This document shows, one piece after another, positions 31,309 to 41,279 of a DNA stretch of 64,000 nt. Below the pieces are notes generated by a model, which was not told where the DNA came from, did no database searches, and saw nothing but the letters and a program-made list of their open reading frames with translations. Origin of the DNA: an uncultured Acidobacteriota bacterium (lineage in GTDB: Bacteria > Acidobacteriota > UBA6911); the NCBI GenBank assembly GCA_963827655.1, contig CAWHCF010000029.1:96001-160000 (forward strand), written 5' to 3'. Positions within the stretch are counted from its first letter, which is position 1. Each line of letters begins with the position of its first letter. Both the position numbers and the translations under genes were made by a program.

Positions 31309-33386
31309 TCAGGGGGCGGAACCCTTGGCCCGGTTAGACGCCTGGACTACCATGCTGCCCAGGGATTTCATGTACCCCTCGATCCCGGCATACAGAGCTT
31401 CGGCCAGCCGCTTTCGGTTGTCCACTCGCTTGAGAAGTTTTTCGTCGCGGGGGTTACTCACGAAACCGACCTCGGCCAGCACGGACGGCATATCGGCCCC
31501 GATGAGAACCACGAAAGGAGCGGTTCGTACTCCACGGTTTCTGGTTGCGGGGAACAGGCGTTGGGCGCTGCGATAGAGTTTTTTCTGAAGGATGTTTGCG
31601 AGCTCTCTTGATTCCGCTGACTTGTCAGCCTTGGTGATCGACTTGACCAGGTCCGGCAGTTCTCGGATGTTTCGGGCCGTCGAAACGTTTTCGCGCGCGG
31701 CCACTTCCTGAGCGTCGAGCGTGGTAGCAAAATTCAGGTAATAGGTTTCGACGCCGCTGACAGACCGGATCCTGCTGGAATTGGCGTGGATCGAAACGAA
31801 CACATCGGCTTGATGCTGGTTCGCCAGAGCAGTACGCTCCTCGAGAGAAACAAATGTATCATCGGTCCGGGTCAGGACGACCTCCGCGTTCAGTCTCTCC
31901 TCGAGAAGCGTCTGCAACTGGCGTGCGACTTCAAGGACCAGATCCTTTTCTTTCAGACCATTCCGGCCGATGGTACCCGTATCATGCCCCCCATGTCCGG
32001 GGTCGAGCACGATCCGGCCGATCTTCAGCCCAAGGACTCTCGTCAGCGTCCGGTCGCCCTTGCTGGTCAGTTCCGCCGCCTTCGCCTTTGGTCCAGGGTC
32101 CGGGGCAACTGCCGGACTCTTGACGGTTGCCCCTTTTTGTTTGACGGGGGAAGAAACCTTGCGCATGGTCGACGCGGTCGATTCCGGAGGAGCAGCGCTC
32201 GGGACCGAATCACCCTGGGGTGAAACCGAATGGGTCCCCGGGGGCTGAGACTTGGAGGCCATGGACCCTGCCATTCCGGCTTGGTCGATTTCGTCACGCG
32301 CGTCAAGACTCAATCTCTCTCTGACAAGCCGAATCTGTGAATCGGCACCCTTGGGTTCCGCGACTGGGATCTGCCGAACCACGGCCGGCATCGCTTGAGG
32401 ACCGCTGTCGGGTTGCGTTCCGGCGCCTCCTGGCTTGCCGAACGCGCCGATGCTGGAAGGAGTGTTTCTGCGCCTTCGACGGGTCCTTGACTTTCTCCCG
32501 GCTGGCTCTCATTGGATGCGCGATCGTCGCTTTGCTGCCCGCGAATGTCGATAATGATCCTGAACGGGTCGTGAAGCTCGGAAACCGAACAGTCTTTCAT
32601 ATTCGTCAGGTCGAGCACCACACGGACTACGGCGGCACGGTTTTGACTTATGCGGATCTGTTTCACGTGCTCGTCGTTTACGAGATAAGGCTTGCTCCCC
32701 AGTCCAGGACTCAATCTGGAACCATGAATATCGAAGTACAGGCGCGCCGGATTGGTCAGCATAAAGCGCTGGTAACGAGTTTCGACATCCAGGTCGATGG
32801 TGATACGGGTATATTCGCTGGTAGACCAATGGCGAATACTGCGCACGATAGCGATCACGTCAGAGCCTGGGTCACGCTGCTCGACGCCGGTCCGGGATCC
32901 GACATCAGTCTGAGCCGCCGGTTGAGTTTCTGCAGCACGATTGCGGCGATTTGAATTCGAAGTTTGCGTCAACCTGGTGATGCTTTGCTCGGCCTCTGGG
33001 CGGTGCCGGCTGGTCCCGTAGTCCGAGACCAGAAAACGGAAGAGCTTGAGGGCCCTTTTTGTATATTCGGGATTTTCGAAGTTCTCACTCATTTCCTGGT
33101 AAAGCCTGGCAGATTCAAACACCGCATCATCGCTCCCGCCGAAGTGCGGGTCCAACCAGTAGACCTGCTGATACAGGTTGATGCACTGGAGGTATTCTTC
33201 CGGAGAAGCGCTGGAGGTTGGATCTTCTTTGAGGGCGGAGTACATCCGCCGGGCCTCATCCAGAGCGGACTCGGCTCCCTTTCGATCCCACTCTTTAGCC
33301 GGCAGCGTCCACGTAAACAGCCAAGCAGCCAGCAAACCTCCGGCTAGACACTTCGATCGGCGGGAACCGGGAGGGATGGCGATCAT
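31309..33386 (-). CDS. N-acetylmuramoyl-L-alanine amidase (TPR + AMIN + Amidase_3), frameshifted in the linker (32310-32508)
   Basis: AMIN motif IRHWSTSEYTRITID...NPARLYFD in ORF 32310..33422; LDPGHGGHD, EKD, SIHAN, VLAEVGFVSN in ORF 31309..32391. Confidence 0.9.
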
Positions 33387-33393
33387 GACCCAC

Positions 33394-33422
33394 ATATTAG
33401 ACCCGGTATCTGACGGTGTCAA
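33394..33422 (-). promoter_or_regulatory. Sigma70 promoter giving a probably leaderless amidase mRNA
   Basis: TTGACA-17bp-TAATAT; ATG (33386) 7 nt after the -10 box. Confidence 0.65.
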
Positions 33423-33570
33423 GCAAAAGTCAAGCGAACTTATTGATAATTAAGGGACTTGCAAGAGAGACTCTTTTCGTGCTCCCTGGCGTCTGCGCAT
33501 CCTGCCTTAGACACGCCTGTCGCGAGGCGCGCAGTCAAGGAGAACGGATTTCCGGCGCCAGCTGTCGGAT

Positions 33571-34302
33571 CTAAGGAGACTGCCCTTCAACAGCCAATCT
33601 GAAATCATCGCGACGTTTCGTCGGGGGGACGTTGGTCAGATGGAGAGTTCCACTTTGATCGACAAATCTGAACGTCGACGGAGCGCGCGGAGAGACTGCG
33701 TCCACCCAGTTCATCCGGTTCTTGCCGTACTTCTTCGTGATCTTTCGTACGTAATCATGAGTCTCACGAATGTGCGGTATGCGGCCGATGCGTTGAACCA
33801 GGTTCTCCCCCGCATTGTAAGCCGCGAGGCTCAACTCGAGGTTATTATCGAACCTGTCGAGCAGAACCCTCATGTGTTGCATGCCGCCGCGAATGTTCTG
33901 GTCGGGGTCGAAGCTGTTTTGTACTCCCACTCGGCGCGCGGTCGCCGGCATGAGCTGCATCAGGCCTCGGGCTCCCTTGGGTGATACGGCCTGCTCGTCG
34001 AAGTCTGATTCAGTCTTGATCATGGACCGGACGAGGGAGGGATCGAGGCGAAACTGCCCGGCATATTTCTCGATGATGGAGTCGTATCGAGCATCTCTGC
34101 CGGCCGCGTCGGCGGGCCCCCGGAACGCTACAGGATTGTTGGTTTTAAGGTCGCGAACGGCTCCCTTAGGCGGGATATTGGTGAAGTTATGGACACCATC
34201 GTCGTCCACATAGGAATAGACTGCCTGGCCGTAGGAGCAGGGAAGCGCGAGACAAAAGGCCAAGCCGATAGTGCCGATCGCTGCGTGCCGTAATCCTTTC
34301 AT
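33571..34302 (-). CDS. Soluble lytic transglycosylase with DUF4124-like termini
   Basis: IKTESDF, SPKGARGLMQLMP, LAAYNAGE, ETHDYV. Confidence 0.93.
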   Translation of the reverse strand: MKGLRHAAIGTIGLAFCLALPCSYGQAVYSYVDDDGVHNFTNIPPKGAVRDLKTNNPVAFRGPADAAGRDARYDSIIEKYAGQFRLDPSLVRSMIKTESDFDEQAVSPKGARGLMQLMPATARRVGVQNSFDPDQNIRGGMQHMRVLLDRFDNNLELSLAAYNAGENLVQRIGRIPHIRETHDYVRKITKKYGKNRMNWVDAVSPRAPSTFRFVDQSGTLHLTNVPPTKRRDDFRLAVEGQSP

Positions 34303-34338
34303 TACACCTCACAAGATGCAGGCAGGGCCGTAAAAAGT

Positions 34339-36990
34339 CTAAATTTTTTCGGTCCCCAGCAGGACTTCGACAATGGAATAGCTTCTCTGCAGGGCGTCGG
34401 TAAGTTTAGAAGCGTCCTTACCTCCCGCTTCGGCTAGTTCCGGTTTCCCTCCGCCCGAGCCGCCGACTATCGAAGCTATTTCCTTGATGACTTTTCCTGC
34501 CGGCACCCGCGAAGCGATGTCGGCAGTAACCATGACCACCAGGGCCACCTTGCCGTTCTGAGGAGATCCCAGGATCACCACGCCAGACCCAAGTCTTTGT
34601 TTCAGTTCGTCGGCCAGGGCTCGCATACTCGCGCGATCGATCTCGGCCAGCTGGTGCGCGAGCACCTTCACCCCCGAGACCTCCCGTGTTCTTGTCAGAA
34701 TGCCGTCGACTCCGGCCATGGCGCCGCGAACCTTGATTTCCGCCATCTGACGCTGGAGGTCCTTTACCTGAAGTTGAAGTTTCTCGACCATCGAAGGTAT
34801 CTCACTTCGGCTCACCTTGTACTGGTCCTGAACGACCTCGAGCAAGTCCTCGGCGGAACGGAACCGTTCGAAAGCCCCTGGACCCGTGACGGCCTCGAGC
34901 CGGCGTACCCCGGAAGCGACGCTGCTTTCGGAGGTTATCTTCAAAACGCCAATAGTTCCCGTGGCGGGGACGTGAGTTCCCCCGCAAAGCTCCTTGCTGA
35001 ACCCAGGGACCTCGACCACTCTTACCTGTTCCTGGTACTTCTCTCCAAACAGCGCGACTGCCCCCGACTTCATCGCGTTTTCCAGATCCATGACGTGGGT
35101 CTCGACCTCGACATTGCGCCAGATTTGCTGGTTGACCTCGTCCTCGACCTTGCGGATCTCGGCCGGAGTCATCGGGGCATAGTGCGTGAAATCGAACCGC
35201 AATCGTTCGGGTTCCACAAGAGACCCGGCTTGCTTGACATGGGGACCCAGAACTTTTTGCAGGGCGGCGTGAAGAAGATGGGTTCCAGTGTGGTTCTTCA
35301 TCGTCAGAAGCCTTTTCTCCAGATCGATGGCGGCTTCCAGCTCCTCGCCTACACGGAAAACTCCGCTCTGCATCTCAACCATGTGAGCGATTGATGACCC
35401 GCGATATTGCGTGTCGATCACATGCGCCCGATTTCCGTTCTGGAAAAGCAACCCGGTATCTCCGACCTGGCCCCCCGCCTGGGCGTAAAACGGAGTGCGG
35501 TCGAGGACGATTTCGCCGCTTTGTCCCGGGGTAATAAGTTCGGCGCGCTTGCCGCCGATGTAAATCGACCTGACCCGAGCCTTTACCGGCGCGCTGTAGC
35601 CGTAACCGACAAACGAACTTCTATCCTCGTCAACGGTTTCGGCAACCTGCTCGTGTATTTTCCCCGACTCGTAGTCCTGCCGCGACCGATCTCGCTGTTC
35701 CTGGAGAGCCTGGTTGAACCCGGCTTCGTCAACCACCAGGTCGTTTTCCTGGGCCAGGTCCTCAATGATCTCGAAGGGAAGGCCGCGGGTATCGTAAAGG
35801 AAAAAGGCCTCGATGCCGGGAATCGTGCGCGAACCGGTCGACTTGATTCTCCGGCTCCGGTCGTAGAAATCGCGAAGTCCCTGGCTGAGGGTATCGGCAA
35901 AAGCCTCCTCCTCTTGCTTGATCACACGGGCAATGGTGTCGCGAGTCTGAGTCAGTTCGGGATAAGCCTCCTTCATGACCTCGACCACCACCCCGGAAAT
36001 GCGATAGATGAACGGTTCGTCAACCCCCAGCTTCTTCCCATGGACAACCGCGCGGCGCATGATCTTGCGTAAAACGTAGCCACGTTTGTCATTTCCGGGG
36101 TATTGACCATCTCCAACCACAAAGGTCGCGGCACGCGCGTGGTCCGCGATGATCCGCATGGAGATATCATCCTTGGAAATGGTCCCGTATTCGACATTGC
36201 ATATCCTGCCGATCTCATCCAGCAGCGGGCGGAAGAGGTCGGTCTCGTAGTTGTTGGCCTTGCCCTGGAGGATCGTTGTGATGCGCTCGAAACCCATCCC
36301 GGTATCGATGGATGGAGAAGGAAGGGGAGCCATAGTTCCGGTCGAATCGCGGTTGAACTGCATGAAGACCAGGTTCCAGATCTCGACCCAGCGGCCGCAG
36401 GAGCAGGTCAGATCACACTCGGGATGATGCGCTAGCGGACTGATGCCGAAATCGAAGTGCAACTCCGAGCAGGGACCACAGGGGCCGATGTCGCCCATCG
36501 CCCAGAAATTGTCCTTTTCGCCGAGGCGAACGATCCTCTCCGCCGGAATCCCGATTTCTCTATTCCATATCCCCCAGGCTTCGTCGTCTTGCTCGTATAC
36601 GGTTATCCAGAGTCGTTTGGGATCGAGGCCGAATTCACGCGTGACGAGGTCCCACGCGAATGCGATCGCATCGGACTTGAAGTAGTCTCCGAAGGAGAAA
36701 TTTCCCAGCATCTCGAAGAACGTGTGATGCCTCGTGGAATGTCCTACGTCCTTAAAGTCATTGTGCTTTCCGCTGACCCGCATGCATTTCTGGCTCGTGG
36801 TGGCGCGTTTGTAAGGACGCTTTTCCTTGCCCAGAAACACATCCTTGAACTGGTTCATTCCGGCGTTGGTGAACAGGAGCGTCGGATCGTTGAAGGGAAT
36901 GAGCGAGGAGCTGGCGACGATCTTGTGACCGTGGAGTTCAAAGAATTTGAGAAAAGCAGCACGAATCGCGTTGCTCGTGAGCACGCTCAT
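34339..36990 (-). CDS. alaS: Alanyl-tRNA synthetase
   Basis: DPTLLFTNAGMNQFK, FEMLGNFSFGDYFK, HTGTH/ELCGGTH editing site, GGSGGGKPELAEAGG. Confidence 0.99.
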   Translation of the reverse strand: MSVLTSNAIRAAFLKFFELHGHKIVASSSLIPFNDPTLLFTNAGMNQFKDVFLGKEKRPYKRATTSQKCMRVSGKHNDFKDVGHSTRHHTFFEMLGNFSFGDYFKSDAIAFAWDLVTREFGLDPKRLWITVYEQDDEAWGIWNREIGIPAERIVRLGEKDNFWAMGDIGPCGPCSELHFDFGISPLAHHPECDLTCSCGRWVEIWNLVFMQFNRDSTGTMAPLPSPSIDTGMGFERITTILQGKANNYETDLFRPLLDEIGRICNVEYGTISKDDISMRIIADHARAATFVVGDGQYPGNDKRGYVLRKIMRRAVVHGKKLGVDEPFIYRISGVVVEVMKEAYPELTQTRDTIARVIKQEEEAFADTLSQGLRDFYDRSRRIKSTGSRTIPGIEAFFLYDTRGLPFEIIEDLAQENDLVVDEAGFNQALQEQRDRSRQDYESGKIHEQVAETVDEDRSSFVGYGYSAPVKARVRSIYIGGKRAELITPGQSGEIVLDRTPFYAQAGGQVGDTGLLFQNGNRAHVIDTQYRGSSIAHMVEMQSGVFRVGEELEAAIDLEKRLLTMKNHTGTHLLHAALQKVLGPHVKQAGSLVEPERLRFDFTHYAPMTPAEIRKVEDEVNQQIWRNVEVETHVMDLENAMKSGAVALFGEKYQEQVRVVEVPGFSKELCGGTHVPATGTIGVLKITSESSVASGVRRLEAVTGPGAFERFRSAEDLLEVVQDQYKVSRSEIPSMVEKLQLQVKDLQRQMAEIKVRGAMAGVDGILTRTREVSGVKVLAHQLAEIDRASMRALADELKQRLGSGVVILGSPQNGKVALVVMVTADIASRVPAGKVIKEIASIVGGSGGGKPELAEAGGKDASKLTDALQRSYSIVEVLLGTEKI

Positions 36991-37553
36991 TCTCCCGTCT
37001 CGAAGCGCTCCCAAACCGCCGGAGGAACCTTCGGCCTCAGAGTTTGAAGGATCGTTTCCTCCAGGAAACCCCGCCGGCTAAGGTGCGACACCAGACCGGC
37101 GATTCCCCTGGAGTCGACCGGCAGCCCCTTCCGCCGACAGTGTTTTTCCAGGTAACCTTCCAGGACCTCTCGATCGCTCAACTCGGCCCTGATCGAATTC
37201 ATCGTCGATTCAGCGAGTCCGGGAGGGACCTTGCGCAGGAGCAGGTTCTGATGCACTCGAACGGGGCCCCAACCCTTAAACTTGAGCTGGTTGAACGCAA
37301 AATTATACGCGTATTCAGGATCGTTGAGAAGTTTGAGCTGTTCGAGGCGATTGAGAACCGGCTCGACCGAGTCCGGAGCCGCCACCTTCAACAGCACGGC
37401 GGCGAGTTCGCCACGACTATAGGGACGCCGGGACAGGAAGATTCCGGCTCTATTGAGGAGTCTCTTGTGGAGTTCCGCCTCTGTGACAAAACGCTGGCTT
37501 GTCGGTTTCGAACCTCGGGAGTGGCCTTTCGGCGGCCTGGATTGCTTGATCAC
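36987..37553 (-). CDS. recX: Regulatory protein RecX
   Basis: FLSRRPYSRGEL...LLNDPEYA...GWGPVRV...HLSRRGF; start uncertain (GTG 37553 chosen). Confidence 0.85.
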   Translation of the reverse strand: MIKQSRPPKGHSRGSKPTSQRFVTEAELHKRLLNRAGIFLSRRPYSRGELAAVLLKVAAPDSVEPVLNRLEQLKLLNDPEYAYNFAFNQLKFKGWGPVRVHQNLLLRKVPPGLAESTMNSIRAELSDREVLEGYLEKHCRRKGLPVDSRGIAGLVSHLSRRGFLEETILQTLRPKVPPAVWERFETGE

Positions 37554-37614
37554 GAAGCGTGAACCTTGAAGTCCTCCTCCGGCCGCTTGCGAACCCCCGC
37601 GGCGTAGTTCGCCG

Positions 37615-38583
37615 CTAGGCCCGAACCGTCTCTTTTCGAGCGGTGCCTCGGCGACCCGAGGTATAGACGGGAACAAACCAGCCGTAAATGTCCTCTCTTC
37701 GTCCTTCCGTGTAGGCAAAAAACTCGTTCTGCAGCCTTTCGGTAACCGGGCCCCGTGAACCCGTTCCCACTTCAATCTTGTCTACGCTTCGAATCGGGGT
37801 TACCTCGACCGCGGTTCCCACGAAGAACGCTTCATCCGCCAGGTACAGCATTTCTCTCGGTATGACCCGCTCGTGTACCGTATATCCCAGCTCACCGGCA
37901 AGTCGCATGATGCTGTCGCGCGTGATTCCGGGAAGAATGCTGGAGGAAAGCGGAGGGGTGTAGAGCCCGCCGCGGTAGACAAGAAATAAATTCTCACCGC
38001 TCCCTTCGCTGACAAAGCCATTGACATCGAGCGCGATTCCCTCGGCAAAGCCGTTTTTCAGGGCCTCCATCTTCATCAGCTGCGAATTCATGTAGTTAGC
38101 ACCAGCCTTGGCCATAGCAGGGAAGGTATTGGGAGCCATTCGTGTCCAGGTAGAGACGCAGACATCGACGCCTTTTTCCACTGCCTCAGGTCCCAGATAG
38201 CGGCCCCACTCCCACACCGCGATGTACACTTCGACCGGGCAGGGAAACGGGTTTACCCCGAAATCGCCATACCCGCGAAATATGATGGGCCGGATGTAAC
38301 ACTTCTCCATTGAATTGACTCGGATGGTTTCGAGGCAGGCCTCCATCAGCTCGTCTTTGGAAAAGGGGACTTCCGTTCGATAAACCTTGCATGAATTCAG
38401 GAGCCGATCGATATGGCTTTCGAGACGAAAGACCTCGGCTCCGCGCTCGGTCTTGTAGCACCGGATTCCTTCGAAGAGCGAGCTGCCGTAGTGAATGACA
38501 TGCGAAAGGACGTGGATTTTCGCCTCTTCCCAGGGGATCAATTCCCCATTGTGCCAGATCCTATCGCCTCCTTTGGTTGCCAT
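37615..38583 (-). CDS. ilvE: Branched-chain amino acid aminotransferase
   Basis: HYGSSLFEGIRCY, YIRP, AKAGANY, EGSGENLF, ILPGITRDS. Confidence 0.97.
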   Translation of the reverse strand: MATKGGDRIWHNGELIPWEEAKIHVLSHVIHYGSSLFEGIRCYKTERGAEVFRLESHIDRLLNSCKVYRTEVPFSKDELMEACLETIRVNSMEKCYIRPIIFRGYGDFGVNPFPCPVEVYIAVWEWGRYLGPEAVEKGVDVCVSTWTRMAPNTFPAMAKAGANYMNSQLMKMEALKNGFAEGIALDVNGFVSEGSGENLFLVYRGGLYTPPLSSSILPGITRDSIMRLAGELGYTVHERVIPREMLYLADEAFFVGTAVEVTPIRSVDKIEVGTGSRGPVTERLQNEFFAYTEGRREDIYGWFVPVYTSGRRGTARKETVRA

Positions 38584-38619
38584 CGAGTCTCCTTTCAGCT
38601 TCTTAATCTACTGGAGTTC

Positions 38620-38709
38620 ATGTTAGTTAGCGGTTCCGGAGGTGTCAAGGCGAATTACCTGCCAGCAAAGGGCTTTCACCTTGACTGCCCATTTCCCTTT
38701 CCGTAACAT
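38620..38709. promoter_or_regulatory. Back-to-back divergent sigma70 promoters
   Basis: Minus: TTGACA-17bp-TAACAT (38648-38620). Plus: TTGACT-17bp-TAACAT (38681-38709). Confidence 0.65.
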
Positions 38710-38719
38710 TCTGACCCGT

Positions 38720-39139
38720 ATGGAAACCGAGCAACTACCCCAGGAAGTACCGCAGATTCAAACCGAGTCCGGTGTTCTAAAAACGGCCACGGCATGCGTG
38801 GCAGCGGCTCTGATCCCAGGCCTCGGGCACGCTTTCTTGCAGAAATGGGATCGAGCTATCGTTTTTCTTGTCGGTATCAGCCTCATGTTCGCGATCGGCC
38901 TCCGGCTGCAAGGGAGATTGTTTAACCCAGAGTTTGCAGATCTCTTTTCCAGCCTGAAATTTCTCGCCGAGGCGGGCACGGGCATTCTCTACTGGCTTTG
39001 CTGGCTTCGAGGCCTTGGTGTCGGTGAACCCAGTGCCTATACCTACGACTTCGGCAACGTCTTTGTCTATGTCGCCGGTCTCCTGAACATGCTGGTTGTG
39101 GTTGACGCTTTCGACATTGCGATGGGGAGAAAGCAATGA
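38720..39139 (+). CDS. Membrane protein (DUF6677-like)
   Basis: LIPGLGH...VAGLLNMLVVVDAFD; multiple TM helices. Confidence 0.8.
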   Translation: METEQLPQEVPQIQTESGVLKTATACVAAALIPGLGHAFLQKWDRAIVFLVGISLMFAIGLRLQGRLFNPEFADLFSSLKFLAEAGTGILYWLCWLRGLGVGEPSAYTYDFGNVFVYVAGLLNMLVVVDAFDIAMGRKQ

Positions 39140-39309
39140 CCGGCCATTTCGGTCTGATGGTACTCTTCAGCGCCTTGGTGGCGCTCGTTTTTACCTTCTT
39201 GACGAAGTATGGCGCCCGGGAGCGGATCAGGTACTTCTTCTTTCTATTCGGAGCCTACGTTCTGATATCGGTCGTTGCCGGCTGGTTGATGTACCCTTTT
39301 CCATTCTGA
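39136..39309 (+). CDS. Small 2-TM membrane protein (57 aa), missing from the ORF track
   Basis: MTGHFGLMVLFSALVALVFTFLTKYGARERIRYFFFLFGAYVLISVVAGWLMYPFPF; ATGA overlap with the upstream gene. Confidence 0.75.
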   Translation: MTGHFGLMVLFSALVALVFTFLTKYGARERIRYFFFLFGAYVLISVVAGWLMYPFPF

Positions 39310-39349
39310 ATGGTTTTTTCTTACGAAATCCCATAGCGAAATTGACCTT

Positions 39350-39748
39350 ATGAGTTTAACTAGTCGGTTCATTCTCTTCCGGCTTCCGGTGGTGCTCTAT
39401 GCCGGCCTGATTTTCTTCTTGAGCTCGGGCCCGGTGTCTTCAACCGAGCTGGAAAACATTCCTGATTACTATTTGCATTTTTCAGAGTACTGTCTGTTCT
39501 ACCTTGCCATGTTCTGGGCAATCCATGAGGGGTTTCGACCGGTTCAGGGCCGAGGCAGCTACTGGTTGCCGGCAGTTCTCACGATCCTTTTCGGGATTTC
39601 TGACGAGTTCCATCAGATGTTTGTCCCGAGCCGAGTCGCGTCGGTGCTGGACGTTCTGGCAGACTCAGCGGGGGCCGGCGCCGGAACCGTAGTGGCCCTC
39701 TTTATCAATCGATTCAATGGGCCGGTTTCTGATCGAGTCGGTTCTTAG
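39350..39748 (+). CDS. VanZ-family membrane protein
   Basis: IFFLSS...DYYLHFSEY...GISDEFHQMFVPSR...DVLADSAG. Confidence 0.9.
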   Translation: MSLTSRFILFRLPVVLYAGLIFFLSSGPVSSTELENIPDYYLHFSEYCLFYLAMFWAIHEGFRPVQGRGSYWLPAVLTILFGISDEFHQMFVPSRVASVLDVLADSAGAGAGTVVALFINRFNGPVSDRVGS

Positions 39749-39981
39749 GGCTCGCGCAGAAATAACTTCACATTCTGGCGCGAAGGGTCGGTGGTCAATC
39801 ATGAACTGGTTTCTGTTTGCCAAGCATGCTGAGGATCGCGCCCCTTCGGGCTGCGGCCCGCAGGCCCGCTGGCTTTGTTGCTCGCTCCTCACGTACCGCA
39901 CCGGGTACGCATCGTCGCTCGCGCCTCGCCAGCAGGCCTGGGGGCCTGCAGCAGAATGCGAACTTATTTCTGCGCGAACCC
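39748..39981 (-). mobile_element. MITE copy 2 (234 bp, inverted relative to copy 1)
   Basis: Same TIRs and internal sequence; TTA duplication at 39745-47 and 39982-84. Confidence 0.9.
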
Positions 39982-39984
39982 TTA

Positions 39985-40099
39985 GCGTTCGCGCAAAGAC
40001 GAGTTTACATTCTGCCGACGGTCCCCGTGCCCGCGCGGGGCGTGAGTGAAACTACTCACCGGCTCTCGCTCCAGGATGTGAAGCATGGGTGAGCGAGCC
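39985..40099 (+). mobile_element. Degenerate MITE relative in tandem with copy 2
   Basis: Left end matches the TIR at 23/30 (GCGTTCGCGCAAAGACGAGTTTACATTCTG); right end CAGGATGTGAAG...GCGAGCC followed by TTA. Confidence 0.55.
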
Positions 40100-40189
40100 T
40101 TAGCGTCGTGTCTTTGTGTCGTGGCGGTTAACGCATCGCAGCAGGGCCGCCAGCGAGACGCGAAGAGATAGCCTGAGCCACAACGTGCC

Positions 40190-41191
40190 ATGACAACCGG
40201 AACGCTCTTGCAGGAGCTTCTCCACGCGAATTCGAGCTTCGTTGCCGGAGCGCCTCGTTTCCTGGATCCCGATGGTGAACCCTTTATTGTTCTGGCTTGT
40301 ATGGATCCCCGCCTGACCGGGTTCCTGGAACCGGCACTCGGCTTGCCCAGGAACCGCGCGCTGGTGGTGCGCTCTGCCGGCAACCAGAGCTCTCAGGACA
40401 CCCTGAGATCGATCGCAGCAGGAGTGTACTTGAAGGGAGTCCAGGAAGTTTTTGTAGTGGGGCACACCGATTGCGCCCTGGCACATTTCTCTGTGCCCGA
40501 GGTAATCGAGAGCTTCCGGCGAGCCGGGGTTCCTCGTTCCGCTTTCGGCAATGAAGATCTCCGCGGATGGTTCGGCGCTTTCCACGATATCAAAGCGAAT
40601 GTCCTCCAGACCGTCGAATCGCTGCGAAAGTCCGGCGTCCTGCCGGGCCGAGTCAAGATCCACGGAATTGTCCTGGGGATCCAGGATGGCAAGCTCGAGG
40701 TCGTCTTCGATGGCGATCTCGACCCGAGCCAAGGGGCCCGGGCAGAGGCGCCGCCAACCTCGGCCGCCGCCAGCCGTCAATCTCCACCACAACCAGCTCC
40801 GGGCATTGTGCCGGATAAACCCTCTGTCACACCGCCGCCTCTCCCTCAGCCGGAGCCGGCCCAAAAGCCGGTCGCGACAGGGGTGGAAACTGGAAGGAAT
40901 GCTCGATCCGCTCCCATTGGGAATATGTTCGAGGCGGTGGCGGTGTTTCGCGATTTCTTCGGCCAGGAACGGAAGGACAAGAAGTTCCAGCAGCATGTGG
41001 CCGAACTCCGGGCTGTAGTGAAGCGGGAAAAAGATTCGGCGGCTATCCTCCGAGCGCTGCAAAAGACTGTCAAAGAGTACGAACGAGAGTATCCCGACCT
41101 GCCTGCCGCTCTGGCGTTCTGCATGAAAGCTCTTGAAAGCAAGACGACCGGTGGCAAGTTCATCGAGCTGATGAGGCGCTTGTCCGGCTAA
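40190..41191 (+). CDS. Beta-class carbonic anhydrase with Pro-rich linker and C-terminal helical domain
   Basis: ACMDPRL, RSAGN, GHTDC zinc ligands. Confidence 0.85.
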   Translation: MTTGTLLQELLHANSSFVAGAPRFLDPDGEPFIVLACMDPRLTGFLEPALGLPRNRALVVRSAGNQSSQDTLRSIAAGVYLKGVQEVFVVGHTDCALAHFSVPEVIESFRRAGVPRSAFGNEDLRGWFGAFHDIKANVLQTVESLRKSGVLPGRVKIHGIVLGIQDGKLEVVFDGDLDPSQGARAEAPPTSAAASRQSPPQPAPGIVPDKPSVTPPPLPQPEPAQKPVATGVETGRNARSAPIGNMFEAVAVFRDFFGQERKDKKFQQHVAELRAVVKREKDSAAILRALQKTVKEYEREYPDLPAALAFCMKALESKTTGGKFIELMRRLSG

Positions 41192-41279
41192 GGATCCCTT
41201 AGCGTTTCTTCGAGTATTCGTGTCTTGGGGTTGGCTTTGTTCGCCCCACGAACCACGAAGACTCAAAGACTCTGCATCT

